Shown one piece after another: positions 40,401 through 53,215 of a DNA stretch of 64,000 bases. The notes under the pieces are model-generated. The model was not told the DNA's origin and searched no databases. It saw only the letters and a program-made list of their open reading frames with translations. Positions within the stretch are counted from its first letter, which is position 1, and each line of letters starts with the position of its first letter. The stretch spans positions 4,092,001 through 4,156,000 of the forward strand of contig JBHGNT010000002.1 in assembly GCA_043228905.1 (NCBI GenBank). Direction: 5' to 3'. A program made the translations under genes and the position numbers. The stretch comes from Azolla caroliniana. Lineage: Eukaryota; Plantae; Polypodiophyta.

Positions 40401-41468
40401 CTGCGTGCGCAAGTCGGTCGATGGTGGAGGGGGCCATCTTGGTTGGGAGTCAGATAGCGTACACGCTTCGATGCGTTGGGAATGAGGATCACATCGTTGA
40501 AGGTCTTGGGACCTTGGTCCCGGGCACGACGAGTGATGTTAGGGTGTAGACGGGGCCATAAGAAGAAAAGCTTGACATGCTCGGGCATGGTTGGATTGGC
40601 ATGGACGAGGAGTTGATTTAGGCGAACACCAAATTGGCATACTGGTTCGTGCGCTTACTGTTGCAACGTCTCGAGTTGTTGCAATGCCGTCTGGGCTGAA
40701 TTTTGATGGGCGAAGTTTTGCACAAGGAGATCCCCGAGGATCACCCAGTTCTCCGTCACTTCGCTGGCTTGTTGTACGTACCAAGTGGCAACGACATTTT
40801 CGAGCAAGGTGCGAACTTCCAAAGCCATGCGCTCGTCAGACCATTTGTGGTAACTTGATATCATCTCAAAGTGATCCAACCATGCTAAGACGTCCTTAGA
40901 GGGCAAGCCAGAGAAGGACTTTGGGGGAACCTTGGAATCTGGCCAATCTGGAGACTGATCGTTGGTAGTGGAGAGGAAGGAGAGCATAGCTTGGTTCATG
41001 TGGCTGATTTGAAGCATGGTGTTGGAGAGGACTTGTAGGAGTTACTCCATTTGGAATGGGGGTGGCCACTCAAGAGGTTGCAGGAACTCAGATTGCATAG
41101 GGGTATCGACTTCGACCACGACGGAAGGGAAATGGGACGCCATGAGCGAGGTGATAGTGGCTAAAATTTTACCGCACTTCTCCACCAATGATGTGAAATG
41201 CACATAAATGGAATCCAAACCAGCTTGCGCTAAGTCTTACTTCCTATTCAATTTATAGTCGTACAAAGGTACCCATTTGGGTTGGCTTTACTTAGCTACA
41301 TGCGTCCTAACAAGGGTATGCTATAAAAGGGTGGCTCAACGGAACACATATACACCATAACATGAAGGCATGCATGCTATAAACAAGGGTATGCTAAAAG
41401 GGGCACAAAGGAACACATGCACACCCAACATGAAGACATGCACTCGCATCCAAGGGACACCACAATAT

Positions 41469-41472
41469 GATC

Positions 41473-41513
<41 letters not shown>

Positions 41514-41648
41514 GAAATTATGGAAGAAATTACCTAACATACCCCCCCTTTCCTCCATAACTTCTTGTTGTTATTATTATTATTATTGATCATATTTTAA
41601 TGGCATTTTTCTTGTTTTTTTGCTTTTTGCTTTTTGCTTTTGGTGAGA
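41469..41648. repeat. Foldback (inverted repeat) whose left arm continues at 25388-25457, on the other side of the LTR nest
   Basis: The reverse complement of 41549-41648 matches 25388-25457 joined to 41469-41529, with a ~19-nt loop. Confidence 0.85.
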
Positions 41649-41844
41649 CAAAGTAAAGAAATGAAGAAGAAGAAGAAGAAGAAGAAGAGAAGAACAGGGA
41701 AGAAGAAGAAGAAGAAGAAACAGAAGAAGAAGAAGAAGAAGAAGAAGAGAGTCTTCTCTCGTCTGCGAAGGCAGAGAAGGTGAGAAGAGAAAGAAGCCCC
41801 GCTGAAGAAGCTCATCCTCATTCTCGGTCGTCCATCCGACGGCG

Positions 41845-44800
41845 ATGACGACGAAGATGGCAGTGAAGCCTCCAGGTACTCACCCCCATCTTTACCTTTA
41901 CTGATAGAATCTCTGCGTGAGAGAAAGAAAGAATAAAAGGAAATAATAGAAAAGAAAAAGAAAAGAAAATCTTTTAATGTCTACTAGATGCCAAAATCCG
42001 CCCAGCAGACAAATGGGGAATATAAACATAGGTAAATTCATGCCATCCACCCTGAAAGACAAATATCGGAAAGACCCATACCAACGATCTTAATGCTTGT
42101 GATGGATCGAATGATTCTGGAGATGATTTCGAAATGGCAGAGACAGGATTCATTGGATAATTCAAGAACATATACCGCTGAAATAAAGATGTAAGATAAG
42201 ATAGGCATATTGGAAAATTGAGATACTAACGGTCTTGAATGTGGCATCTTCACCTCATTAGGAAGTTCCTTGAAAAGCAGCCATTATGGATCAATGTATT
42301 CCTAGAAGATTCCAATAGGCTTTCCAAAATCTATAAATGTGCGGAACCTATTCTAGAAATCAACATAGTCACAAGGCACAATCGATATGTTTCCTCCTAC
42401 AACTTTGCATTCAAATAGTTGTCGTCTATTTGGTGAGCATTTTTTTGCGTGTTAGATTGGATGGTAAGTATGGCATTATAGTTCACATCCCAATCCATTT
42501 CTTTGATGCAGTTTCTCTCTCCATTAGTGATTTTTTTGGATGTAATTCAGAAACTTTCCCATGAAAGAAACAAGCAGAAGAAGTGCTAATTTCAGGAAAC
42601 GAAAGACTGCCAACTTCATAATCTATCATATACCTTCTTTCACACAATGAAATGAAATAAAATATAAAATAGATGATCTGTGATAATTATGGAATTAACT
42701 TTTTACAATAATTCTTGTTTTAACTTATACATTCTTCTGAGCTCAAATATATATTCTTTTCTAACTTGGCTAACTCAGAAGTTACTACTTGCAGATGGAA
42801 TGTCACAAAATTTCACCTCTCTCTCATGCAAAGATGGGTACATTCTCTCTCTCTCTCCCTCCCTCCTATCTGTATATATGCAAGCATCTCACTTTGATTT
42901 GCCATTCCCAATAATCAACGAATGTAGACCTCTTTTTTTTAATAGGATGATTTTGGCCTTCAATAACCATCAAAGAACATTTCTTTCTTTAGGTGTTTCG
43001 TTCTTTAGGATTTATGTGCCACTTTGAGCCCTCCTATACAAGTAGTATATAAGCTGAAATCATGCTCGAACTTTTATGGTATCATATGCCATTTTCCTCT
43101 TCTAGGGACTGTAAACTTTCCCGTTTATGTGGTTGCCATTTTGGGATATTTTTCCTGAAATCTGTCTCACTCCCATAGGACACTTTTGGCCTTTATGCAC
43201 ATTGTGATAGGACATGCCATTTCATTTCATCTCTGTGATGGGTCTTGCTTGACCCCTAAGGACAATAATATAATGTATCTATCTGTCTCCTCATAATGGG
43301 TTGAATGCCAATATCTCCGAAACAAAGATTATGCTGATTAAGGCTCTCAACTAGGATAAACCATCTAATTGTAAGAATTCTTGGAGTTCGTTTTAAAGAG
43401 TTTTAAAATGTCCAAAAATGTTTTCTTGGTTTCATCAAAGGAAAACTGGCAAAACCCACAAATTCTCCCACTTCTTGAGATTGGGTGATTTCCAATTAAA
43501 GTAATTGACATGGAGTGTGTTCCGCATATTTAAGACTAAAAAACACTGAATTACAAATAAAATGTTGTGGACACAATGCCCCAAGACTCAGATCAGACAG
43601 AGATTCTCCCATGCTGCACATAAGAAGGCAACCAAGTTGGTATTAAACCTTCTGAAACTCACTCAAACAGCCTTGACACTGCACCCACCAATGCATTTCA
43701 TTCTACACCCTTTGATTACTATAGAAGGAAGCTAGCTATATTTTAGCTAGTATGTTACCTTAAAAAAGCATGTGGACATTAGCCAGATTTGGGAGCTGCT
43801 ACAACATCATCATCCTTGTACTAGGAGATCACGTAGGCATCTCACTTTCAATTTCTATCATTCTTACACTGTTTTTATCATACCATTCCTCCTCGTGGAC
43901 AGACAGAGGACAATTTTGTACATTTGATATGTCTTGTAGACTAATTTTGGCCTTTAATAGTCTTTCTTTCATTTTCTCTCCCTAAGAGAACAGACATAGG
44001 CATGAAACACTCAATATGCATTTCTGTTCTCATGGCATTACTCTCACACACCTTTGCCATATAGATGGTGTCATATGTGTAAGTTTGGTTCTATTCGTGG
44101 TTTTATTGAAAAATATGAACCGTAATTGTGATTTGCAGCTTAACACATGCTATTTCTGGAATATCATAATGCCTTTCTTTCATAAAACATCTAATTCCTT
44201 TCTTTCAGAAAACATCTAATTCCTTTTAGTTCCTTAACAAATATGTAACTTTGAATGAGAGTAAACAGTCATAACAGTGAAGTCATAGACTGTTTAGGGT
44301 AGAAATCATAGATTATGATTCATACTTAACTTCTAACTTTTTTGAAATCCACATGGAAGAAGGCTAACTACTTCATGTGGGAATGTATTGCAGGCAACCA
44401 GTGAGCAGCAATTCAAAGTACTTCTACTTTTGTGACTGCATGGATGATCAGCAACTTTTGAACACACACCGAGTAGTTGTGAGGAAACACAGCAAGTTGC
44501 GTGGCCGTATAAACTACCGTTTATCTCTCTTCTTGGTTCTTGTTCTCTCCTACTCTATCGTCTTCTCAGTGGTATGTGTGCTACAAGTTCAGTAGGATTT
44601 CTACAATTTATGTCATATACATATTTTCTCATAGAACATCTCTGCGCTTTGTTCTCTAGATTGCTGTTGCTGTTAGCCTTCAGTGGTTAATTTTATGTTT
44701 GGGAGTGGTTAGCCTAATACTTCAAAGGAATGCTGTGGCTGAAGGTACTGTATATGTTTTTGGCCTCTCCCTCTCCTTTAAAGAAATATTTCTCTAGAAA

Positions 44801-47499
44801 TTGATATTTACAAACAAGGCCTTGGAAGTGCACAATGACGTAGTCTTTATCAAAATTAAAGCATATAAGATGCTAGGATTGCAAAGATAGAGGAAAAATA
44901 CCTTGGATGTTTAGTGTCCCATGTCGTGTCATCTTGTGTTCATTAAAAAGCTCCAACATTTTGTCTCTCTCTCTCTCTCTCTCTTTGTGTTTGTTCTCAC
45001 GTCAGCCACCATAAATCTGTTGTACTATCTTGTTGAATCATTGTAGGGTAACTGATCATTTCGTGAGTTATGGCATCCGATTTGTATCTTATTCTTAAAC
45101 AGTTTCCTCGCATCTGAACACTAATGTTTGTTCAAGATTGAGAATGAGAATGATGTCTATTGTTTGTTTGAGTAGATAATATTGAATAAATCTGATACAG
45201 TGACCTCTGAGAATATGCAAACCTAGTATCTACGCCATTTTCTTGCATAATGGTTTTGTATTTCCCAGACACTACGTTCTCAATGTTTTCTGCACTTTTG
45301 GCATCTTAAAATGTGAATACATTATTTAGGATGTAGAACCTTGGTTAGATAAGGTCACAAGTAAAAAATCAAGTCTTTTGCAAAGTACACGAATCTCTAG
45401 CTTTTGCTACATGTATAAAATGTCTCAAATTGAGAAGCTGACGTATAAAATGTCTCTTTGTTCTTGATAGAGTTGGAAAAGTATGATCCCAAAACATTTG
45501 GAATGCAAACGGGAAAAACTGAATGAACTTGCACACTTGTGATTAGTATGTATTTTGTATATCTTTTGGAGGACTATAATAAATGATTAGTAAAGATGTT
45601 TGGTTTCTGATTGGAGAACACTAGGAATCCTTCTGACATTGTGGGCAACCTTTCCTTTGTCACAGTCTGTGCTGGGTGTTCGTTTGGAGTCTTGTTTTAA
45701 ATATCTGTCTATTCTCTTAGATTTTCCATGGATATCTTTTTGACCTCTTCTTTGGATAGTCTTAATATCATACCATTGGTATTTATAATAATAGCGTTGA
45801 ATCTTACTTCGATAAGAGCTAAACTACATCTGCAAAGTTTTCGCAACCAATAAAAGTACTCTCTTGTCAGACACTCACAAGTTTCCCCACAGTACTCAAA
45901 GCACAATAACTGCAGGTTCTAAAAATAAAGGGAATTCTTTGTACAGCTAAATCTTTGCAAAGTAAAACCAGCTCCCATGTACAATAGGGGTGAATAACTT
46001 GGTTCCCCCACAGCACTGAAAGCACAGGTTCTAAAAATGAAGGATTAAACAAGAACCTTTGTTAGGTATACACAAAGTTAAGGAGGGGTCATATATCGGA
46101 AGGACACTTCTCTATTGCTATGCATCTAAAGGAAGTCTTGTGACTTTTTGTGTAACCTTACGAGGTGTTTTTCGAATCGGATCTCTATTTAGAGTATAAG
46201 ATTGTTTTTACTGGAGTGTAACCACATTGACGCTGATCTATTTGGAAAATAACCAAGTTAACTCTAAAATTATGGGAAAATATTGTATGGTACATAGGCC
46301 TTGTCTATGTGTCCAGATAAACTCGAAAATTTGATTTTCAGTACCTTAGACAAATGATTTCAGATAAACTTACAAATGAAAGTTTTAAAATACTGTTTGT
46401 GGAGCATGCCTTTCGTTTGTTTGACATTCTGATGGTTATTGCTTCATTTATTGATGATGATCTGTATTTACATTCATAGAAGCTGTTGTTGTAATGCCAA
46501 CATTTGGTGTGCAGCTCGAAACATCATATTGCAGGTTTGTAATCAAGATACTTCTTTTTAATGGTTTTTTATTTCTTTTGCATTACTTTTACCAAAGGAA
46601 CATGGAATTGCTGTGGATGAGGGTGGCATTATTAATCAAATATGCAATAATGAAAGAACTATATGCACCTCTAGGCTTTCCAAATAATTTATAAACATTA
46701 ACATGGTCAACCTTGAAAATGAGGAGGATAAATTTTTGTTGAACATAGAAAAGAAAATAAATAAATTGAAACTGGGTTATGATTTGGAATTGATCACTAG
46801 AATCAAAATCTTATTAGCAGGGTACATTGGCTCATATCCTAGAAGAAAAACAATGGTTGCTTCCGTAGGTTCAACATGCTACATAAATAGTGATCTCTGT
46901 TCTTAGCATATTACCATGCAGAAAAATCATATTTATGAGCTAATCTGCTAATGTACATTGCTATAATAAAAGTAACATCAAACCATTCATTGAGATTTGA
47001 ACCCATTAAATTTTAAGAATATTAGAAATAAGACAAACTTGAATCAATAGGCAATGAGTTGCTAGATCAAATTTGTGAACCTGTAGTGTCCCATATGTGT
47101 GCTTTCTCTTTATTTTTTAGAACATATTATCTAGTTTTATCTTTTTCTCGCTATATCTCACATGTGCTCTTCTGTTTTCCTGTTAAATGATGCAGTGGAA
47201 AAGTGCAGCGACAATTCGTGCCATTGAAGCAAATATTGGCAGCTGTCATAAATGAGGCGGTTACACCAACCTCTTGCTATTATTATCTTGCATTGCTAAT
47301 ACGAGATGAATCTAAACTAGTTCTTGCTTTCAAGGTATGCATGATTTCACATGGTTCTACATGTATCATACCTAACATATTAGCATTGTTTTTTTCAGTT
47401 TCCTAATTTATCTTCAATGGTGTCAAGCAGGAAGTGAGGCCTCCTCTTGGTGTGCTTGTTCCCATTTGGAAGGCCTTATGTGAAGCTGTTAATAGCTAG
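41845..47499 (+). CDS. PIG-H: GPI-GlcNAc transferase complex subunit H; exons about 41845-41875, 42795-42837, 44394-44571, 44660-44744, 46480-46534, 47196-47334, 47431-47499
   Basis: Two hydrophobic segments followed by EEAVVVMPTFGVQLETSY-SGKVQRQFVPLKQIL..VINEAVTP.SCYYYLAL...LVLAFK-EVRPPLGVLVPIWKALC, recognised as plant PIG-H. All junctions are GT-AG and in phase. The first two exons are less certain. Confidence 0.85.
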
Positions 47500-50320
47500 T
47501 GTGCGAATTTATACATTCCTTGGTTTCAGTTGATAATCTTACATTTAAGGTAAATTTCTGTCATTGTCTCTTGCAAATATATCTATGCATCAAAGGTAGA
47601 TTTATCAGAAATGTTTATTGTCAAAATATGGGTTGGAACAATCTAAATTTCAGTTTTTTTCAAACCAGGGAACGACTACAATCGGAAAGAGAAAGGCTTA
47701 ATCTCACTACTGATTGAGATATTGACTCAGGAAAGAAATAGATACAATTGCCTTGAGTGACTTTGTTAAGCTTGGAAATGCCACCACGATAAAAAAAAGG
47801 CTGGTTTTGCGAACACAAATACCTCTCTCACAAATCCTTCATGTTGAGGAACTTCATAAATCCTTGTACAATGAGCCATGAACTTGCAATGAGCAGTGCA
47901 CCTCACCAAAGAGACATGGAGTAAAAACCCATTGGATGGGAGTGCAAATATGTTGTTAAATGTTATCATGTTTTATTTCACATGAATGTGAAGTGGGAGA
48001 ATTGTGGCCTTTGCTGTCTTGTTACTCTAGCATGGTTATAAAAAACATCATTAGTGGGCCTATGAGAAAATAAATGACTTTAAAGCTGTTATGGCTTTAA
48101 AACATTTCGTTTTTCAAATGTTTCTGAATGGACTGAAAGGGGAGAGGATCTGGAAGAAGCCATTGTGTGGCTATCCACATGATACATGTAAAAAACATAC
48201 AAATTAAAATTTATTCTTATTTTTATTGAAGCTCAAAAATGAAGAAAAGATAACAACCCATCCATAATTACGCCCATTTGTTGCTTTTTATTTGCTTTTC
48301 TTGCTTGTTTTTAACGTTAATCCAAATGTATTTCTGACAATTTGAGGCTTACCACTTGTAATTTGTTTCCATTTGATTTGTCTAATTGTCGGATGGAGAG
48401 GAATGTGTGAAGATGAGAATATTGGTGAATGGATAATGCGTGTGATGATGCAGGGCCCAAATTCGATTAATAAGCTACTCACTTTTCTCTTCTTATTTAT
48501 TAATGCCTTTCGAAGAAACCAGTTACTGTCTACAACAGTCATCACAAATTTTGGTTAAATATTTGATAAACCACCTTATTTTCCAGGGACATGACTCTTT
48601 AGAACCCATCAGTAGCTGCTTCGCCTCAGTGCCTGTTTCTATATCGATAGAGTTTCTTGGTATATGGTCTATCAAATATTGGTTGGATTCAAGGCAAGTA
48701 CTTATTATGTAGTGCTTCAGAAATAGTTCATTGCATGATGATGCCTCTTGGAGGCCAATGGCTGGTTATCATGGGGTTTTTATCACCAAAGAAATAATAT
48801 GTTGGGCTTTATTTTCACTAATACAAAGTCAATCTGATTCTTAGTTCTTGCTTGTTGAGAGGCTATAGCTAATATCACAATATTTAAAGCAAAAATCAAT
48901 TCAAGTAACAATTGAAACTTCTTGGAAAGTATGAGTTTTAATTTTAGCATGCAATGATGGTGTGAAAAGTTAAAACTTTATTAGCTTATTCTTTGCTAAT
49001 TATTACTTTTAAAAAAAAAAAGTGCAAATAATAGTGATTGTTTCTAAAATACATTGTCTCTTTATCTTGTGCGAAAAGTGGGCAGCAAACAAGTTCATCT
49101 TGTTGAATTTTATGGGTATAACATCCGTAAAAAAGTAGTCAAAAAAGGTGGAACATAGAAAGTAATGTATCTTCATCAAAGGAAAGCAAGGATAAAGATA
49201 TAAAACTTTGTAATTTGTCCTATTCACAAGTATGCAAAACGGTAGTAAAAGTGAAATTTTAAAATTTGGTTATCTATCTCCTTTGGAATACTTAAAAAAA
49301 CGTTAAGAATGACCCTTGATTTTGATAATGTATAGTCATCCACATTTTGATTGACATGAAAGCAGAGTGGTTAAAATCCTATCAAAAGTCTTCCAATATC
49401 CTTTAAGTATTTGTTGCTTGTTGGTTTCTAACATTTGAAGTGACTACTAACATTGAGACCAACATGCCCAACCACATGGATTTAAATGATTGCAATGATC
49501 AAATTCTATTCACTAGAATGCTAGCTAGCTATCTACTAGTTCTGAGCACACTTGCATATGCTCGTAAGAAGAAATGCAAAGCTATATAATCAACGACATC
49601 ACTACCCAAAAAGTCGATCAATTGTTTTGTGAATTGTTGTTGCCTTATGGATAATTAATTATCATGTAAACACCTTTTAATGAAATGTTCTTATGAAAGA
49701 AGCAAGTTTAATTCCAAAAGTTAACAAAGCCTCTCCTCCGGTTGGGTTCACCAAGATGAAATACATATTTACGGTTCAATTTAAACAAACCTTGTCACAA
49801 ATTTTCTTCTTGCTCATGTGGTATGAAACCTACCACTAGTTATGGGCTTTACTAGATTGAGGTACACTTCCAATTGGTTAGAAGCTTTGTTCTTACTCCA
49901 ATAAAACATTGATAGTACCTCGATATGAATTAACAAAATCGAGAAGATTAGTGAATAAATTTCTACGTAGACAACTCTGGCTATATATATAACTTGGTGA
50001 GGATAACTTATGCGATTTTGGCAGCCGATCGGCATTTTAAACGCATAGGCGTAAGGTATCGATCGAATTCACAGGAACACCAAAATGATTAGATGGGCGG
50101 ACGGCATCGTCGAAAAACACTGGGTTCAGTTGGGTCGATCTCACATGGCACCGGATAGAAGCCAAGGAAATAGATGCGAGTAGTCGTGGGGTTCCTGTGT
50201 CTCTAAAGATGAAACACGAGTTTTACATTAAAGCCGAGCGGGACGAACTCGTGCCATTTGATTCGAATGAGGAACAAGCAAAGCCCAAACTATACATATA
50301 TATGTAGAGAGGGAAATATA

Positions 50321-50351
<31 letters not shown>

Positions 50352-50616
50352 ATATATAGAGAGAAAAACGGCTATATTTTAAACTCACACATGTAACGGC
50401 TATATTTTGAATGTCTTATATATATATATATATATATATATATAAGACATTCAAAATTACAGAAGCAGAGAAACAGAGGAACAGAGAAACAGAGAGAGAG
50501 AAAAGAAAAGACAGGAAAGGAAAGGAAGGAAAAGCTCAAAAAGATCAGGAGAACAAACACCATTTCCATTTCTTCTTCTTCTTTTTGTTTTGTCTGCATC
50601 AAAGCCAAAGCATTAG

Positions 50617-53215
50617 ATGGCCAGAAATGGTACCTTTCTTTATTTTACTCAAGACAATTCCTGCAGTTTCCATTTCAGATCTTTCTGTTCTGTTCTGTCC
50701 ATCCATCCATTTCTTGTTTGATTTCATGTTTGATTTCTTGTTTGATTTCATGTTTGATTTCATGTTCTGCAGGATCTCCCCGCCGGCGTGCCCTTGCAGA
50801 TCTTCCTGGTAACAAAGACTCTCCGATCTGTGGACTCATCCCATCCCTCTCCCGCATCCATATCTCTTCTCAATCCATCCTCAAGACCTCCCCTCTGTGC
50901 AGCAGCAGCAGAATCGCTGCTATGATCCATGACCATAACTCTGCTATGATCCCTGCAGGTTTTGGTCCCCCGCCTGCTGAAATCGCTGCAGGGATTGAAA
51001 GCCCCATCGGTGAGACCCTCCTAAGGTCCCAAGTCCAAATCCTTCTCAACAAGGTCGAATCTGAGGCTCCTCGCGACAACAGATTACCATTCTTCCAAGC
51101 AATAGCTCCGGATCTGTGCCCTAATTTCCACAGTCACTCCATATCTCCTGCGCTTCGATTTGTGGCTCCCACCCCTATGAACACCCCTTTAGGTGGGATC
51201 TCCATTCCTCCTCCTTCTTCTTCCACCCTCACCACTCCCATTCAATCTGATTCCTCTGCCTATGGCCGCCTTCGAGATGCATTTCATGGGAATGCTGTTG
51301 TCGCCATGGATTCTGAGGAATCCCGGCAAGATTCAGGTATCAAACTGTTCGTCGATCTCACCATTTCACCTCAAACGATGTCTGCAACGACAGAATTGAA
51401 CCGATTCAACAGCAACAATGAGGAAGATTCGACAGAAGAAGGGGTCATATCTTCAGCTGGAATCGTGTCTGTGTCTCAGAGAGGGTCTGGTCTTATGAAG
51501 CCCACTCCGATTCGGATTGCAGAATCGGTTACTTCCGGTGGAAACCATCATCATCATCATCATCATCATGCTGTTACTCCATTAACAGCCACTCATGAGG
51601 TATCAAATTACAGTTAGGGTTTTACTATTATGATTATCTTGGCATTGGTTAATTGCAGTTTTAAATTCATGAGGTAACAAATCAAAAGTTTAGGGTTTAT
51701 TTTCGCATTGGTTAATTGTAGTAACCAATGAGTTATCAAAAATTGAAGTTAGGGTTTTTTATCTTGGCAATGGTGATTGTAGTAACCTAATTATGAGGTA
51801 TCAAATTAAAAAGTTAAGGTTTTATCTTGGCATTGGTTAATTGTAGTAACCCATGAGTTAACCAAATTAAAAGTTAGGGTTTTTATCTTGGCAATGGTGA
51901 TTGTAGTAACCTAATTATGAGGTATCAAATTAAAAAGTTTAGGGTTTTATCTTGGCATCGGTTAATTGTAGTAACCCATGAGTTAACCAAATTAAAAGTT
52001 AGGGTTTTTATCTTGGCAATGGTGATTGTAGTAACCTAATTATGAGGTATCAAATTAAAAAGTTTAGGGTTTATGTTGGCATTGGTTAATTGTAGTAACC
52101 CATGAGATATGAGAATTGTAGTTAGGGTTTATCTTGGGAATGATGATTGTAGTAACCTATGAGGTATCAAAATTAAAAAGGTAGGGTTTATCTTGGCGTT
52201 GGTTAATCGTAGTAACCCATGAGGTATATAAAATTGTATTTAGGGTTTATCTTGGCATTGGTTAATTGTTGAAGTAACCTATGAGATATCAAATTAAAAG
52301 TTAGGGTTTGTCTTGGCAATTGTAGTAACCCATGAGGTATCAAATTAAAAAGGTAGGGTTTATCTTGGCATTGGCTAATCGTAGTAACCCATGAGGTATG
52401 AAAATTGTAGTTAGGGTTTATCTTGGCATTGGTTAATTGTTGAAGTAACCTATGAGATATCAAATCAAAGTTAGGGTTTGTCTTGGCAATTGTCGTAACC
52501 CATGAGGTATCAAATTAGAAAGGTAGGGTTTACCCATGAGGTATCTAATTAAAAAGGTAGGGTTTATCTTGGCATTGGCTAATCGTAGTAACCCATGAGG
52601 TATGAAAATTGTAGTTAGGGTTTATCTTGGCATTGGTTAATTGTTAAAGTAACACATGAGGTATCAAATCAAGTTAGGGTTTGTCTTGGCAATTGTCGTA
52701 ACCCATGAGGTATCAAATTAGAAAGGTAGGGTTTACCTTGGCGTTGGTTAATCGTAGTAACCCATGAAGTATGAAAATTGTAGTTAGAGTTTATCTTGGC
52801 ATTGGTTAATTGTTAAAGTAACACATGAGGTATCAAATCAAAGTTAGGGCGATTTGTATGAAGCTTTTTTTTTGTGTGTTTCATGACATAATTGTTATCT
52901 ATTGTATAGGATAAGGCGAGAACATTTCTCGGCAAGAGCACAACCCGAACCTTGCGGTTCGATTCCCCAGAGAAGAAGACTTCATCAGCCGATGAGACGT
53001 GCGGAGAAGTTGGGGCCTCGTGGGAGGGAGCTTGTGGTGAGCCGTTCGAAGAAGACGACCGAGCTTCAGAGTGGTCGGTCCTTGTGAACGTAAGCTCTCC
53101 TAATGGCAAGGAAGGAGATAATGAGTTCGATGATGGAGGTTGTTGGGCCGACTACGAGCCATGTGATGGGGATGAAGCCGATAATGGACCACATGAGAAT
53201 GCCATATCTATATAG
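50617..53215 (+). CDS. Unknown Ser/Pro-rich, probably disordered protein; exons 50617-50629, 50773-51599, 52910-53215
   Basis: In-phase GT-AG junctions give MARNG-SPRRRALADLPGN...HHHHHHHH..THE-DKARTF...TLRFDSPEKK...ENAISI*. The long open exon has higher GC than its flanks. No domain recognised. Confidence 0.7.
51594..52849. repeat. ~58-60-bp minisatellite, about 21-22 units, filling intron 2 of the unknown gene
   Basis: Consensus approximately catgaggtatcaaattaaaagttagggtttatcttggcattggttaattgtagtaacc. Confidence 0.95.

Larger units (their letters stand above)
25754..41143 (-). pseudogene. Broken gag-pol of element A, in pieces at 41143-37733, 26572-26407 and 25833-25754
   Basis: Gag PKSFSG...WLDHFE and CCHC CFYCHNYGHFRRYC; protease LLDSGS; RT IDFRPLN, MPFGL and YLDD; RNase H NYSTIEKELLAIVW and TDHQPL; integrase HDHPLSGH...CALC, PYHPQTNGLTER, WIGPF and terminal SAHVARIKPY. 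There are multiple stops and frameshifts, plus a large deletion between RT and RNase H near 39070. Confidence 0.88.
25458..41464 (-). mobile_element. Outer, degenerate Ty3/Gypsy element A (non-chromovirus); LTRs 25458-25726 (3') and 41192-41464 (5')
   Basis: TG...CA LTR pair with about 9 substitutions, 2 small indels and one altered 6-bp block. TSD atat (25454-25457 / 41465-41468). PBS tggtggagaagtgcgg next to the 5' LTR; PPT caggggggaaa next to the 3' LTR. Confidence 0.92.

Noticed and set aside
51594-52849. CRISPR-like array
   Set aside because: Units are homologous along their whole length with no unique spacers; the context is a eukaryotic intron with no cas genes.
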